A stretch of DNA of 64,000 bases from an uncultured Clostridia bacterium (GCA_944388805.1 CALXKE010000010.1:414-64413); one strand, 5' to 3'. Counted from the stretch's first letter, positions 10,959-19,900 are shown. Numbers and translations: made by a program. Notes: generated by a model from the letters alone, not told the origin.

Positions 10959-12446
10959 ATGAATTTATTAGATGAAGATTTTTCAAACAATAAAAATAAT
11001 AAGACAAAAAATATTATAAAAATAATAATTATATTTATAGTAATAATTGTCATAGCAATTATAGGAATTCTCTCATATATGATGTATTTGGAAAGTACAG
11101 TTTTACGTGTATATGTTAATAATACTGAAAATGCAAATGTCAAAAATCTATTGGTATTTGAAGAAGATGGAACAATATATGTTCCAGTAAGAGCAATAGC
11201 TACTTATTTGGGATATAATAGTTATAGTGGAGAGTATAGCAATAGATCTGAAGATAATAGTAAATGTTATGTGGAATGTAAAGAAGAAGTAGTAAATTTA
11301 ACATTAAATTCTAATAAAATATATAAGCTAAATTTGGAAGAAAATGATAATAATTATACTTATATTTATATGGATAAACCTGTCAAAGCTATTAATGGAG
11401 ATTTGTACATTACTACAGATGGTATGCAAAAAACGTTTAATACCACTTTTGTTTATAATCAAGAGAGAAATAGAATTATGATTAATACAACACCATATTT
11501 AGTTACAAGTTATGCAAATACTGTTTTAAATTATGGATATACAAAATTGAGCGAAACATTTTCAAATGAAAAAGCAATTATAAAAGATATGCTTGTTGTT
11601 ACAGATGGTAGATATTACGGAGTAATTAATCTGACAGACGGAACAGAAATTTTAGAATGTAAATATGACAATATCACATATCAAGAAGCAACTGGAGACT
11701 TTATTGTGTCTAGTAATAATAAGGTCGGAATTATGGGAACAGATAAGAGAACAAAAGTTGATATTAATTATGATAGTATAGAATTAATGGATTATGATGC
11801 AGGATTATATTTGGTAGAAAGAAATAACCAATACGGAGTAGTAGATTTAAACGGAAACAATATTATATATGCAGAAAATGATCAAATTGGAGTAGATATA
11901 TCTAAATTTGATGAAAATGATTTAAAAACAGGATATATTTTAGTAGATAATTTGATTCCTGTTATGAAAAATAATAAATGGGGATTATTTGACTTGAAAG
12001 GAAATCAAGTTGTTAATTTTGAATATGATAGTTTTGGTTATATTGCAAGTAATAATAGAGATGCAACAAATCTATTAGTAATACCAAGTTATAATGTGAT
12101 TGTTGCATGTCTTAATAATCGTTATACGTTACTGAATGCTTCGGGAGAACAGCCAATTAGAGCATTTGTTGATGACATTTATATGGTAATTAGTGGAGGA
12201 GAGAAACATTATGAAATGAATGCTAATAATAAGACTTATGATGTAGAAGAATATTTAGATAGATTAGGTGTGCTAGAATCTACATCAGATAGTAATAATA
12301 CTACAAACACCTCATCTAATAATACAACCACAAATAGTAATGAAAATAATAATGAAGTAAATAATGAAGCGACTGAGGAAAATAGTGAAGAACAACAAAG
12401 TAATGGGGAAAATCAAAATAGTGAAGAACAACAAGAAATTGAATAG
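10959..12446 (+). CDS. membrane-anchored WG-repeat protein with copper-amine-oxidase-N-like stalk domain
   Basis: Start placed at the ATG after GGAGGG (10949-54). TM anchor, then YVPVRAIATYLGY, then repeated YGVVDLNGN / KWGLFDLKGN WG-type repeats. N/S/T/E-rich tail. Confidence 0.7.
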   Translation: MNLLDEDFSNNKNNKTKNIIKIIIIFIVIIVIAIIGILSYMMYLESTVLRVYVNNTENANVKNLLVFEEDGTIYVPVRAIATYLGYNSYSGEYSNRSEDNSKCYVECKEEVVNLTLNSNKIYKLNLEENDNNYTYIYMDKPVKAINGDLYITTDGMQKTFNTTFVYNQERNRIMINTTPYLVTSYANTVLNYGYTKLSETFSNEKAIIKDMLVVTDGRYYGVINLTDGTEILECKYDNITYQEATGDFIVSSNNKVGIMGTDKRTKVDINYDSIELMDYDAGLYLVERNNQYGVVDLNGNNIIYAENDQIGVDISKFDENDLKTGYILVDNLIPVMKNNKWGLFDLKGNQVVNFEYDSFGYIASNNRDATNLLVIPSYNVIVACLNNRYTLLNASGEQPIRAFVDDIYMVISGGEKHYEMNANNKTYDVEEYLDRLGVLESTSDSNNTTNTSSNNTTTNSNENNNEVNNEATEENSEEQQSNGENQNSEEQQEIE

Positions 12447-12450
12447 TAAA

Positions 12451-12505
12451 GTACGAGGAAAAATATATGTAAGCAATATAAAAGCTGATTTTCCTGTACA
12501 ATAAG
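12451..12505 (+). repeat. R1 repeat family, 3' module copy
   Basis: gtacgaggaaaaat...aaaagctgattttcctgtacaataag aligns with 13701-13752 (tggaaaaatcc...aaaagtcgatttttcctatacaataaa). Starts 5 nt after the stop at 12446. Confidence 0.7.
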
Positions 12506-12665
12506 AAAAGAAGGGAATATTTGCTTAAACTTTAAGTAAATATTCTCTATTCTGTTAATAACAAAGTTCTTGTTTTTGACCAGTCATACCAATAGAAAAA
12601 AATGCAAAAATAGTATATAAATATATAAGGCATAATTTATAGAGAAAACAGGAAAGAGGTATTAA

Positions 12666-13601
12666 GTGAGTAACGTATACATAGTAGCAAATGGAATATA
12701 TTTTCCTAAGAAGCAAATAGAAAATTGTGAATTAGAAAAAATATTAAATTTAGAAAATGGATACATCGAAAAAAGAACAGGAATAAAAAATAGATATTAT
12801 GCAATAAATGAATCCATACAAGATATGGCAGTAGAGGCTTCAAAAGCACTTTTTTCTTCAAAAAAAGAAAAAGAAGGAATAGATCTCATTATAACAGCAA
12901 CAACAAGTACAGATATGTTAATGCCAGGAATATCAAATTATGTGCAAAAAAAATTAGAAATTTCTCCATGTATATGTTTAGACATATTGGCTGGATGTGG
13001 AGGATATATAAATGCATTTGATATTGCCAAAGCATATATGGATTCACGAAATATAAAAAAATCTTTAATTATTGGTGTAGATAAATTATCTCAAATTATT
13101 GATAAACAAGATGTAGGAACAACAATTGTGTTGTCTGATGGTGCAGGAGCAACACTAATAGAAAAAGAAGCAACAAGTACTCATCAAAAAATATATACAT
13201 CTAATATTAAAGCAGAGCCAGACAAAAATAATATTTTAATATATCAATATGGAAAAAACGTATATATGAATGGAAAAGAAGTATACAAATATGCAGTTAC
13301 AAAAACAGTTGAAAATATAAATGAATTACTAGAAAAAGCCAATATATCATTACAGGATGTAAAATATATAGTAGCACACCAGTCAAACTTGAAAATTATG
13401 AAAGCCATTGCATCAAGATTACATATAGATATGGAAAAGATGTATACAAATATACAAGAGAGAGGAAATACTTTTTGTGCCAGTATCCCAATTGCTTTGT
13501 ATGATATGCAAAAAAGTGGACTTTTAAGATCAGGGGATAAAATTATTCTATTGGGATATGGTGGAGGATTGAATACAGGAAGTATTTTGATGGAAATATA
13601 A
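12666..13601 (+). CDS. fabH: 3-oxoacyl-ACP synthase III
   Basis: GTG start with RBS aaagagg. Cys (LAGCGGY), His (VAHQSN) and Asn (RGNTFCASIP) triad regions are present. Confidence 0.85.
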   Translation: MSNVYIVANGIYFPKKQIENCELEKILNLENGYIEKRTGIKNRYYAINESIQDMAVEASKALFSSKKEKEGIDLIITATTSTDMLMPGISNYVQKKLEISPCICLDILAGCGGYINAFDIAKAYMDSRNIKKSLIIGVDKLSQIIDKQDVGTTIVLSDGAGATLIEKEATSTHQKIYTSNIKAEPDKNNILIYQYGKNVYMNGKEVYKYAVTKTVENINELLEKANISLQDVKYIVAHQSNLKIMKAIASRLHIDMEKMYTNIQERGNTFCASIPIALYDMQKSGLLRSGDKIILLGYGGGLNTGSILMEI

Positions 13602-13750
13602 GAAAGGCGTGCGTTAACGAAATCAAAGATTTCGACGCACACATGTGAAGACTGCTTCGCAGTACTTCACGAATATAAGAAGCCTAACCTTGTTGTATAT
13701 GGAAAAATCCACATAAGGTCAAGATAAAAGTCGATTTTTCCTATACAATA
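13598..13750 (+). repeat. R1 modular intergenic repeat, full-length copy (5' + 3' modules)
   Basis: 13598-13699 is about 90% identical to 29289-29390. 13685-13750 matches 2215-2278 (inverted), and 13701-13752 matches 12451-12505. Three hairpins: gtgcgttaacgaaatc/gatttcgacgcac, gtgaagactg/cagtacttcac, ggaaaaatc/gatttttcc. Confidence 0.85.
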
Positions 13751-13803
13751 AAAAATATAAGTAATTGAAAATAAATTATATAAAAAGAAAGGATGAAGAA
13801 AAA

Positions 13804-14739
13804 ATGAAAAGAGCATTTTTATTCCCTGGACAAGGTGCACAAGTAGTAGGAATGGGAAAAGATATTTATGAAAAATATGATGAAGCTAAAAAAATTTATG
13901 ATGAGGCCTCAAACATATCTGGAATCGATGTAAAAAAACTTTGTTTCGAAGGTCCAGAAGAAGAGCTAAATAAAACAGAGAATACACAAATTGCTATATT
14001 GACAACAAGTTTAGCAATATTAGAAGTTTTAAAGGCAAAAGGTATAGAAGCAGATATTGCAACAGGATTAAGCTTAGGAGAATATGGAGCATTAATCTAT
14101 GCTGGAATCATTAGTTTTGAAGATGGAATCAAGCTAATTCAAAAAAGAGGTTATTACATGGGAAATCTTTTACCTGATGAGAAGTTTTCTATGGCAGCGA
14201 TTATTGGATTAGATTCAGGAAAAATAGAAGAAGTTTGTAAAGAAATTGCTAAGAAAAATAAATTTATTGTTGTTGCAAACTATAATTGTAGTGTACAAAC
14301 GGTTATATCAGGACAAGAAGATGCTATTAATGAGGCAATGGAAACATTAAAGGCACAAGGTGCAAAAAGAGCCATCAAATTAAATACAAGTGGACCATTC
14401 CATACAATAAAATTAGAAAAAGCAAAAGAAGCGTATGAAAAAGAATTGGTAAATATTGATTTTCATCTTGATACAAAGACGAAGGTTATAAAAAATATTG
14501 ATGGTACATATTATACTGAAAATGATAATATAAAAGAAATCTTAGCAAATCATATCGTTAGCCCAGTAAGATTTGATAAAGCAATTAAATTAATGGAAAA
14601 AGAACAAGTTGAAGAATATTTAGAAATTGGACCAGGAAGAACTTTAACAGGATTTGTAAAGAAAGATAATAAAGAAGCGAAAACATTTAATATAAATAAT
14701 GTAGATAGTTTAGAAAAATATTTAGAAGAACAAATGTAA
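13804..14739 (+). CDS. fabD: malonyl CoA-ACP transacylase
   Basis: MKRAFLFPGQGAQ and GLSLGEYGA (GxSxG). Start moved to the internal ATG at 13804. Confidence 0.9.
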   Translation: MKRAFLFPGQGAQVVGMGKDIYEKYDEAKKIYDEASNISGIDVKKLCFEGPEEELNKTENTQIAILTTSLAILEVLKAKGIEADIATGLSLGEYGALIYAGIISFEDGIKLIQKRGYYMGNLLPDEKFSMAAIIGLDSGKIEEVCKEIAKKNKFIVVANYNCSVQTVISGQEDAINEAMETLKAQGAKRAIKLNTSGPFHTIKLEKAKEAYEKELVNIDFHLDTKTKVIKNIDGTYYTENDNIKEILANHIVSPVRFDKAIKLMEKEQVEEYLEIGPGRTLTGFVKKDNKEAKTFNINNVDSLEKYLEEQM

Positions 14740-14786
14740 TGCAGAGGGGGCCTCTGACATAAAAGAGAAAGAAAGGAAGAAGAAAG

Positions 14787-15527
14787 ATGGAAGAAAATAA
14801 GACTGTATTTGTAACAGGAGCTTCAAGAGGAATTGGAAAAGAAGTTGCCTTAAAATTTGCGGATAAAGGATACAATGTTGTCATTAACTATGTATCAAGT
14901 AAAACAAATGTAGAAGAATTAAAAACTGAATTTGAGAGTAAAGGTGTAAAAGCCCTTATCATGCAAGCAGATGTAACAGATAAAGATGCAATTGAAGAGT
15001 TGGTAAAAAAAGCAATTGAAGAATTCGGAAGTATAGATGTATTAGTAAATAATGCAGGTATTACCAAAGATAACTTATTAATGAGAATGAGTGAAGAAGA
15101 ATTTGACAAAGTCATAGAAGTAAACTTAAAAGGAACATATATTGTCACAAAAGCAGTTACAAAATACATGATGAAAAAAAGAAAAGGAAGTATTATCAAT
15201 TTATCATCAGTTGTAGGTGTAGCAGGAAATGCTGGACAATGTAATTATGCAGCATCAAAAGCTGGAATTATTGGATTTACCAAAAGTGTAGCAAAAGAAT
15301 TAGCTTCAAGAAATATTAGAGCAAATGCAGTAGCACCTGGATTTATAGAAACAGATATGACTGCTGTTTTATCAGATGAAGTAAAAGAAAATATACATAA
15401 TCAAATACCATTAAAGAGAATGGGAACTGCAAAAGAAGTAGCAAATTTAATTTATTTCTTAGGCTCAGATGAAAGTGCTTATATAACTGGTCAAGTGATT
15501 AATGTTGATGGTGGAATGGTAATGTGA
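14787..15527 (+). CDS. fabG: 3-oxoacyl-ACP reductase
   Basis: TGASRGIGK, NNAG and YAASKAG (YxxxK) SDR motifs. 246 aa. Confidence 0.9.
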   Translation: MEENKTVFVTGASRGIGKEVALKFADKGYNVVINYVSSKTNVEELKTEFESKGVKALIMQADVTDKDAIEELVKKAIEEFGSIDVLVNNAGITKDNLLMRMSEEEFDKVIEVNLKGTYIVTKAVTKYMMKKRKGSIINLSSVVGVAGNAGQCNYAASKAGIIGFTKSVAKELASRNIRANAVAPGFIETDMTAVLSDEVKENIHNQIPLKRMGTAKEVANLIYFLGSDESAYITGQVINVDGGMVM

Positions 15528-15653
15528 AAAACAAATTGAAAGCAACATCTTGCACATTTTTGATATAAAATTCAAACTTCGACGTACAAAGAGTACGCCT
15601 TCAGCTTGAATTTTATATCAAAAATGCACAATATACTACTTTGAATTTGTTTT
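15528..15653. repeat. long imperfect palindrome H1 (arms of about 58 nt)
   Basis: aaaacaaattgaaagcaacatcttgcacatttttgatataaaattcaaac... pairs with ...gcttgaattttatatcaaaaatgcacaatatactactttgaatttgtttt. The core aaattcaaacttcgacgtaca resembles the R1 segment 13620-13641. Confidence 0.85.
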
Positions 15654-15682
15654 GAAAGGATGTAATTGCTAGAGAAAGCAGG

Positions 15683-15708
15683 GAAAAAATCCCCTGTTTT
15701 CACAGGGG
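15683..15708 (-). terminator. intrinsic terminator of the minus-strand 100-aa gene
   Basis: On the minus strand: cccctg-tgaaaa-cagggg followed by attttttccc. The stop codon lies in the loop. Confidence 0.6.
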
Positions 15709-16002
15709 ATTTTTATGGATGTGAATGTTGTAGATTACAGAATTGGAATATGAAAATCCGTTTGACACAGAATATTCATAACCCAAGTCCTGTAAAACTT
15801 GGAATATTTTCTCCTGAACAACATCCCATTCATTAGATTTTAGATTGTGAAAATCCAACCTAAAATGCCGTGGCATAACATCAAAGTTTTTAAATGTTAC
15901 GCCCACCAATTGTTGGAGGATTTCTGATTTAATCTTATCCTCCCTGTACTTTTCACGAAGAGCAATTGCGTCTAGGTAAAAAGACAGAAAATCATTGTTC
16001 AT
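15700..16002 (-). CDS. hypothetical 100-aa protein encoded antisense within the fab operon
   Basis: ATG at 16002 preceded by cctaGGAGGtg. MNNDFLSFYLDAIALREKYRED... Visibly GC-richer than its neighbours. Extended -10 (tgctataat) upstream. Confidence 0.6.
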   Translation of the reverse strand: MNNDFLSFYLDAIALREKYREDKIKSEILQQLVGVTFKNFDVMPRHFRLDFHNLKSNEWDVVQEKIFQVLQDLGYEYSVSNGFSYSNSVIYNIHIHKNPL

Positions 16003-16159
16003 AAAGACACCTCCTAGGTTGTTTAATAAAAATATTATAGCATATTTTACATAAAAAACAAATTTAATGCATAAAAAGTGCATTATAGGTTATCAATTAA
16101 AAAATAGGTAAGATTTTATTGTAAATCTTACACATATTATAAAAGAAAGGAAGAGAAAG

Positions 16160-17401
16160 ATGGAAAGAAGAGTTGTTATTACAGGATTAGGAGCTGTTAC
16201 TCCAATAGGAAATAATACAAATGATTTTTGGGAAGGAATCAAAGAAGGAAAATGTGGAATTGATGAAATTACAAGATTTGATGTCACAAATTTTAAAGTA
16301 AAATTAGCAGCAGAATTAAAAGACTTTAATGCAGAAGACTATTTTGATAGAAGAGAAGCAAAAAGATTAGATAGATTTTCTCAATATGCAATGGTGGCAG
16401 CGAGAGAAGCTTGGAATGATAGTGGATTAGATAAAGAAACAGAAAATATGGAAAGAGTAGGAATTATTATTGGTTCTGGAATTGGTGGTATTGGAACAAC
16501 AGAAGAAGAACATGAAAAATATATGACAAAAGGACCAGATAGAGTTTCTCCAATGTATATTCCAATGGGAATCCCAAATATGGCAACAGGAAATGTAGCA
16601 ATTGATATTGGAGCAAAGGGAGAATCTATTTCTATGGTAACAGCTTGTGCTTCAGGTACACATGGTATTGGAGAAAGTTTTAGAATGATAAAACATGGAT
16701 ATCAAGATGTTGTATTAGCTGGTGGAACAGAAGCAGGTATTACCCCACTTGGTATAGCAGGATTTACAAATATTAAAGCATTATCAAAAGCAGAGGATAA
16801 AACAAGAGCAAGTATTCCATTTGACAAAGAAAGAAGTGGATTTGTTATGGGAGAAGGTGCTGGTGTTATTGTTTTAGAAGAATTAGAACACGCTAAAAAA
16901 AGAGGAGCTAAAATTTATGCAGAAATCGTTGGATATGGTGCAACATCTGATGCTTATCATATTACATCACCTGCTCCAGGAGGTGAAGGTGGTGCAAGAG
17001 CTATGAAAATTGCTATGGAAGAAGCACATGTAAATCCAGAAGAAATTACATATATCAATGCACATGGTACATCAACACATTTAAATGATTCATATGAGAC
17101 GCAAGCTATTAAAACGGCATTAGGAGAAGAAGCAGCAAAAAAAGTAATGGTAAGTTCAACAAAAGGTCATACAGGACATTTGCTAGGTGCTGCAGGTGGT
17201 GTAGAAGCGATTGTATGTGCAAAAGCAATTGAAGAAGGATTTGTACCTGCAACCATTAATTACAAAGTACCAGATGAAGAATGTGATTTAGATGTGGTTC
17301 CAAATGAAGGAAGAAATGTAGAAGTAAAATATGCAATGTCTAATTCATTAGGATTTGGTGGACACAATAGTAGTATTTTATTGAAAAAATATGAAGGATA
17401 A
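16160..17401 (+). CDS. fabF: 3-oxoacyl-ACP synthase II
   Basis: Active-site Cys (VTACASGTH), NAHGTSTHLND, GHLLGAAG. 413 aa. Confidence 0.93.
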   Translation: MERRVVITGLGAVTPIGNNTNDFWEGIKEGKCGIDEITRFDVTNFKVKLAAELKDFNAEDYFDRREAKRLDRFSQYAMVAAREAWNDSGLDKETENMERVGIIIGSGIGGIGTTEEEHEKYMTKGPDRVSPMYIPMGIPNMATGNVAIDIGAKGESISMVTACASGTHGIGESFRMIKHGYQDVVLAGGTEAGITPLGIAGFTNIKALSKAEDKTRASIPFDKERSGFVMGEGAGVIVLEELEHAKKRGAKIYAEIVGYGATSDAYHITSPAPGGEGGARAMKIAMEEAHVNPEEITYINAHGTSTHLNDSYETQAIKTALGEEAAKKVMVSSTKGHTGHLLGAAGGVEAIVCAKAIEEGFVPATINYKVPDEECDLDVVPNEGRNVEVKYAMSNSLGFGGHNSSILLKKYEG

Positions 17402-17411
17402 GTAAATGTTT

Positions 17412-17557
17412 ATAAATTGTTATTAATAAGAATGTTGATATATAATATTATTAAAGATTCTTGGCTATCCTGCATTCCCGTTTAACAAATTCTAAAGATC
17501 AACATTCTATAAAATAATGAATAGTAACATTTTATAACTAAATTTATAACAATTTAT
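17412..17557. repeat. two-tier imperfect palindrome H3 in the fabF-accB gap
   Basis: ataaattgttat (17412-23) pairs with ataacaatttat (17546-57). aagaatgttgat (17428-39) pairs with atcaacattct (17498-508). 17479-17499 cgtttaacaaattctaaagat resembles the R1 core at 13612-13630. Confidence 0.65.
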
Positions 17558-17619
17558 GTTTTGTACTTTTCAATTTAAGAAAAATGATGTAAAATGAAAA
17601 CAAAAACGGAGGTAGAAAT

Positions 17620-18087
17620 ATGGATTATAAGGAAATTAAAAAATTAATGGATGATATGGGAAATTCTAAATTAGAGGAATTAGAAATTGAATTTCCAGAT
17701 GGTGTAAAAATTAGTATGAAAAAAAGTGAAAAAAGAGAAGTGATTGTAGAACCACATGTCATAGAAGCAAGTGCACCAATGTCTGTTCCTGCTGTAAGAC
17801 CCCAAGAAGAAAAGGGAATGGTTACAGTACCAGAAAAGAAAGAAGAAGAAAATTATAAAGTTATTAAGTCACCAATGGTAGGTACTTTTTATGCAAGTTC
17901 AGCACCAGATAAAGATCCATTTGTAAAAGTAGGAGACAAAATATCAAAAGGACAAGTTGTATGCATTGTAGAAGCTATGAAATTAATGAATGAGATTGAA
18001 TCAGAATTTGATGGTGAAGTTGTAGAAATTTGTGTAAAAAATGAAGATGTTGTAGAATATGGGACGCCTTTATTTAAAATCAAATAA
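17620..18087 (+). CDS. accB: biotin carboxyl carrier protein of acetyl-CoA carboxylase
   Basis: Biotinyl-lysine motif VEAMKLMNEIE. 155 aa. Confidence 0.9.
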   Translation: MDYKEIKKLMDDMGNSKLEELEIEFPDGVKISMKKSEKREVIVEPHVIEASAPMSVPAVRPQEEKGMVTVPEKKEEENYKVIKSPMVGTFYASSAPDKDPFVKVGDKISKGQVVCIVEAMKLMNEIESEFDGEVVEICVKNEDVVEYGTPLFKIK

Positions 18088-18134
18088 GCTATAATATGAT
18101 GGCAAAGGTAATATATAAATGGAGGTTAATATAA

Positions 18135-18557
18135 ATGTTAAATAAAGAGCAAATTAAAGAAATTATACCACAAAGAGAGCCTTTTTTAATGATTGATGCA
18201 GTGGAAGAATATATACCTGGAGAAAGTGCAGTAGCATATAAAAATGTTAGTGAAGATGAATATTATTTTAAAGGACATTTTCCTGGAAATCCAATTATGC
18301 CAGGAGTTTTAATAGTAGAATCTTTAGCACAAACTGGTGCGGTTGCCATTCTTTCCATGGAAGAAAATAAAGGAAAAAATGCACTTTTCGGTGGAATTGA
18401 TAAATTAAGATTTAAAAGGCAAGTGGTTCCCGGAGATAGATTAAAACTAGAAGTGAAAATTATTAAGAGAAAAGGACCTATTGGAATTGGAGAGGCATTA
18501 GCAACTGTTGATGGAAAAGTAGCAGTAAAAGGTGAGTTAACTTTTGCAATTGTTTAA
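18135..18557 (+). CDS. fabZ: 3-hydroxyacyl-ACP dehydratase
   Basis: [19 protein letters not shown]. 140 aa. Confidence 0.93.
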   Translation: MLNKEQIKEIIPQREPFLMIDAVEEYIPGESAVAYKNVSEDEYYFKGHFPGNPIMPGVLIVESLAQTGAVAILSMEENKGKNALFGGIDKLRFKRQVVPGDRLKLEVKIIKRKGPIGIGEALATVDGKVAVKGELTFAIV

Positions 18558-18697
18558 ATATAAAAGAATTGTTACTAATTTTATAAAAAGTAAATAAATT
18601 TTAATAAATCAAAAAATTCCTTCCAAAAACTTGTAATTTTAAATATTATTGATATAATAATATATGGACATAAAACAAGAGAAAGGGAGGTTTTTTT

Positions 18698-19840
18698 ATG
18701 TTAAAGAAAGTGGCAATACTAGCAAATGGTGGAGATGTATCAGGATTTAATGCGGTAATCAGAGCAATTAAGAAAACATGTGAAACAAATGGAATCGAAT
18801 GTTATGGTTATATTGATGGATACAGAGGTCTTGTAAAAAATAATTATATCAGATTAGATGGAAATGAAATTGCTTCAGGAATATTACCAAAAGGTGGTTC
18901 AATTATTGGCTCTTCAACAAATGCCATTGTTTTCCATTATAAAGTAGAACATGAAGATGGAACGGTTACATATGAAGATTTATCAGATCAATGTGTAAAA
19001 AATGTAAAAGAAGCAGGATTTGATTGTGTATTTACATTAGGTGGAGATAGTACACAAAAATCAGCAAGAGATTTATTCTTAAAAGGAATCAATACGATTG
19101 GTGTACCAAAAACAATTGACAATGATGTTGCATGTACAGATGTTACATTTGGATATAACACAGCTGTTCATGTAGCAACTGAAGCACTAGATAGATTACA
19201 CACAACCGCAGAAACACATGACAGAATCATGGTATTAGAAGTTATGGGAAGATTTGCAGGTTGGATTGCTTTGGAATCAGCTATTTCAGGAGGAGCAGAT
19301 GTTGCTTTAATACCAGAAATACCATATGATATTCACAAAGCAGCAGAGGCAATTAATAAAAGAAAAGAACATGGAAAAAGATTTAGTGTTGTTGTTGTTT
19401 CAGAAGGAGCACATCCAAAAGATGCTGCACAAACAACACATTCAGCAGAAGGAATTGATAACAAAGCAGGAATCAGTGTTAAATTTGGTGGTGAAGGAAA
19501 TAGAGTTGCAAAAGAACTTCAAGAATTAACAGGATTAGAGTCAAGATGTACTATTTTAGGATATATGCAAAGAGGAGGAACGCCAACAGCATATGATAGA
19601 GTTTTATCTACAAAATATGGAGCTAAAGCAGTAGAACTTGCTATGGAAGGAAAATTTGGTGTATTAACTGTTATAAAAAACGGAAAATTAGACTGTGTAC
19701 CATTAGAAGTTGTGGTAGGAGAAAACAAAGAAATAGGTGCAGTTCAAGGTGGTACAGCAGAAAGTAATGTAAGATATGTAACAATGGATGATGACTTAGT
19801 AAAAACAGCAAGAGATATTGGAATTTGTTTAGGAGATTAA
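18698..19840 (+). CDS. pfk: 6-phosphofructokinase (phosphoryl donor uncertain)
   Basis: LANGGDVSGFNAVIRA, TLGGDST, PKTIDNDV, MGR, GYMQRGG. 380 aa. Confidence 0.85.
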   Translation: MLKKVAILANGGDVSGFNAVIRAIKKTCETNGIECYGYIDGYRGLVKNNYIRLDGNEIASGILPKGGSIIGSSTNAIVFHYKVEHEDGTVTYEDLSDQCVKNVKEAGFDCVFTLGGDSTQKSARDLFLKGINTIGVPKTIDNDVACTDVTFGYNTAVHVATEALDRLHTTAETHDRIMVLEVMGRFAGWIALESAISGGADVALIPEIPYDIHKAAEAINKRKEHGKRFSVVVVSEGAHPKDAAQTTHSAEGIDNKAGISVKFGGEGNRVAKELQELTGLESRCTILGYMQRGGTPTAYDRVLSTKYGAKAVELAMEGKFGVLTVIKNGKLDCVPLEVVVGENKEIGAVQGGTAESNVRYVTMDDDLVKTARDIGICLGD

Positions 19841-19843
19841 ATC

Positions 19844-19872
19844 GGGATTTTGGGGACGGACTCAAAAATCCC
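19844..19872 (+). repeat. G-family element G2 (8-bp stem, GGGGACGGACTCA loop)
   Basis: gggatttt-ggggacggactca-aaaatccc, starting 4 nt after the pfk stop. cgggaWtttggggacggactca is shared with 41517-41538. Confidence 0.8.
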
Positions 19873-19900
19873 CTAAAATCCTATACAAGAACAAAAGGGG

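Noticed and set aside
15528-16159. Degraded acpP in the fabG-fabF gap
   Set aside because: No frame on the plus strand gives an ACP-like sequence with the DSLD phosphopantetheine motif. The gap is explained by the H1 palindrome and the antisense 100-aa gene.
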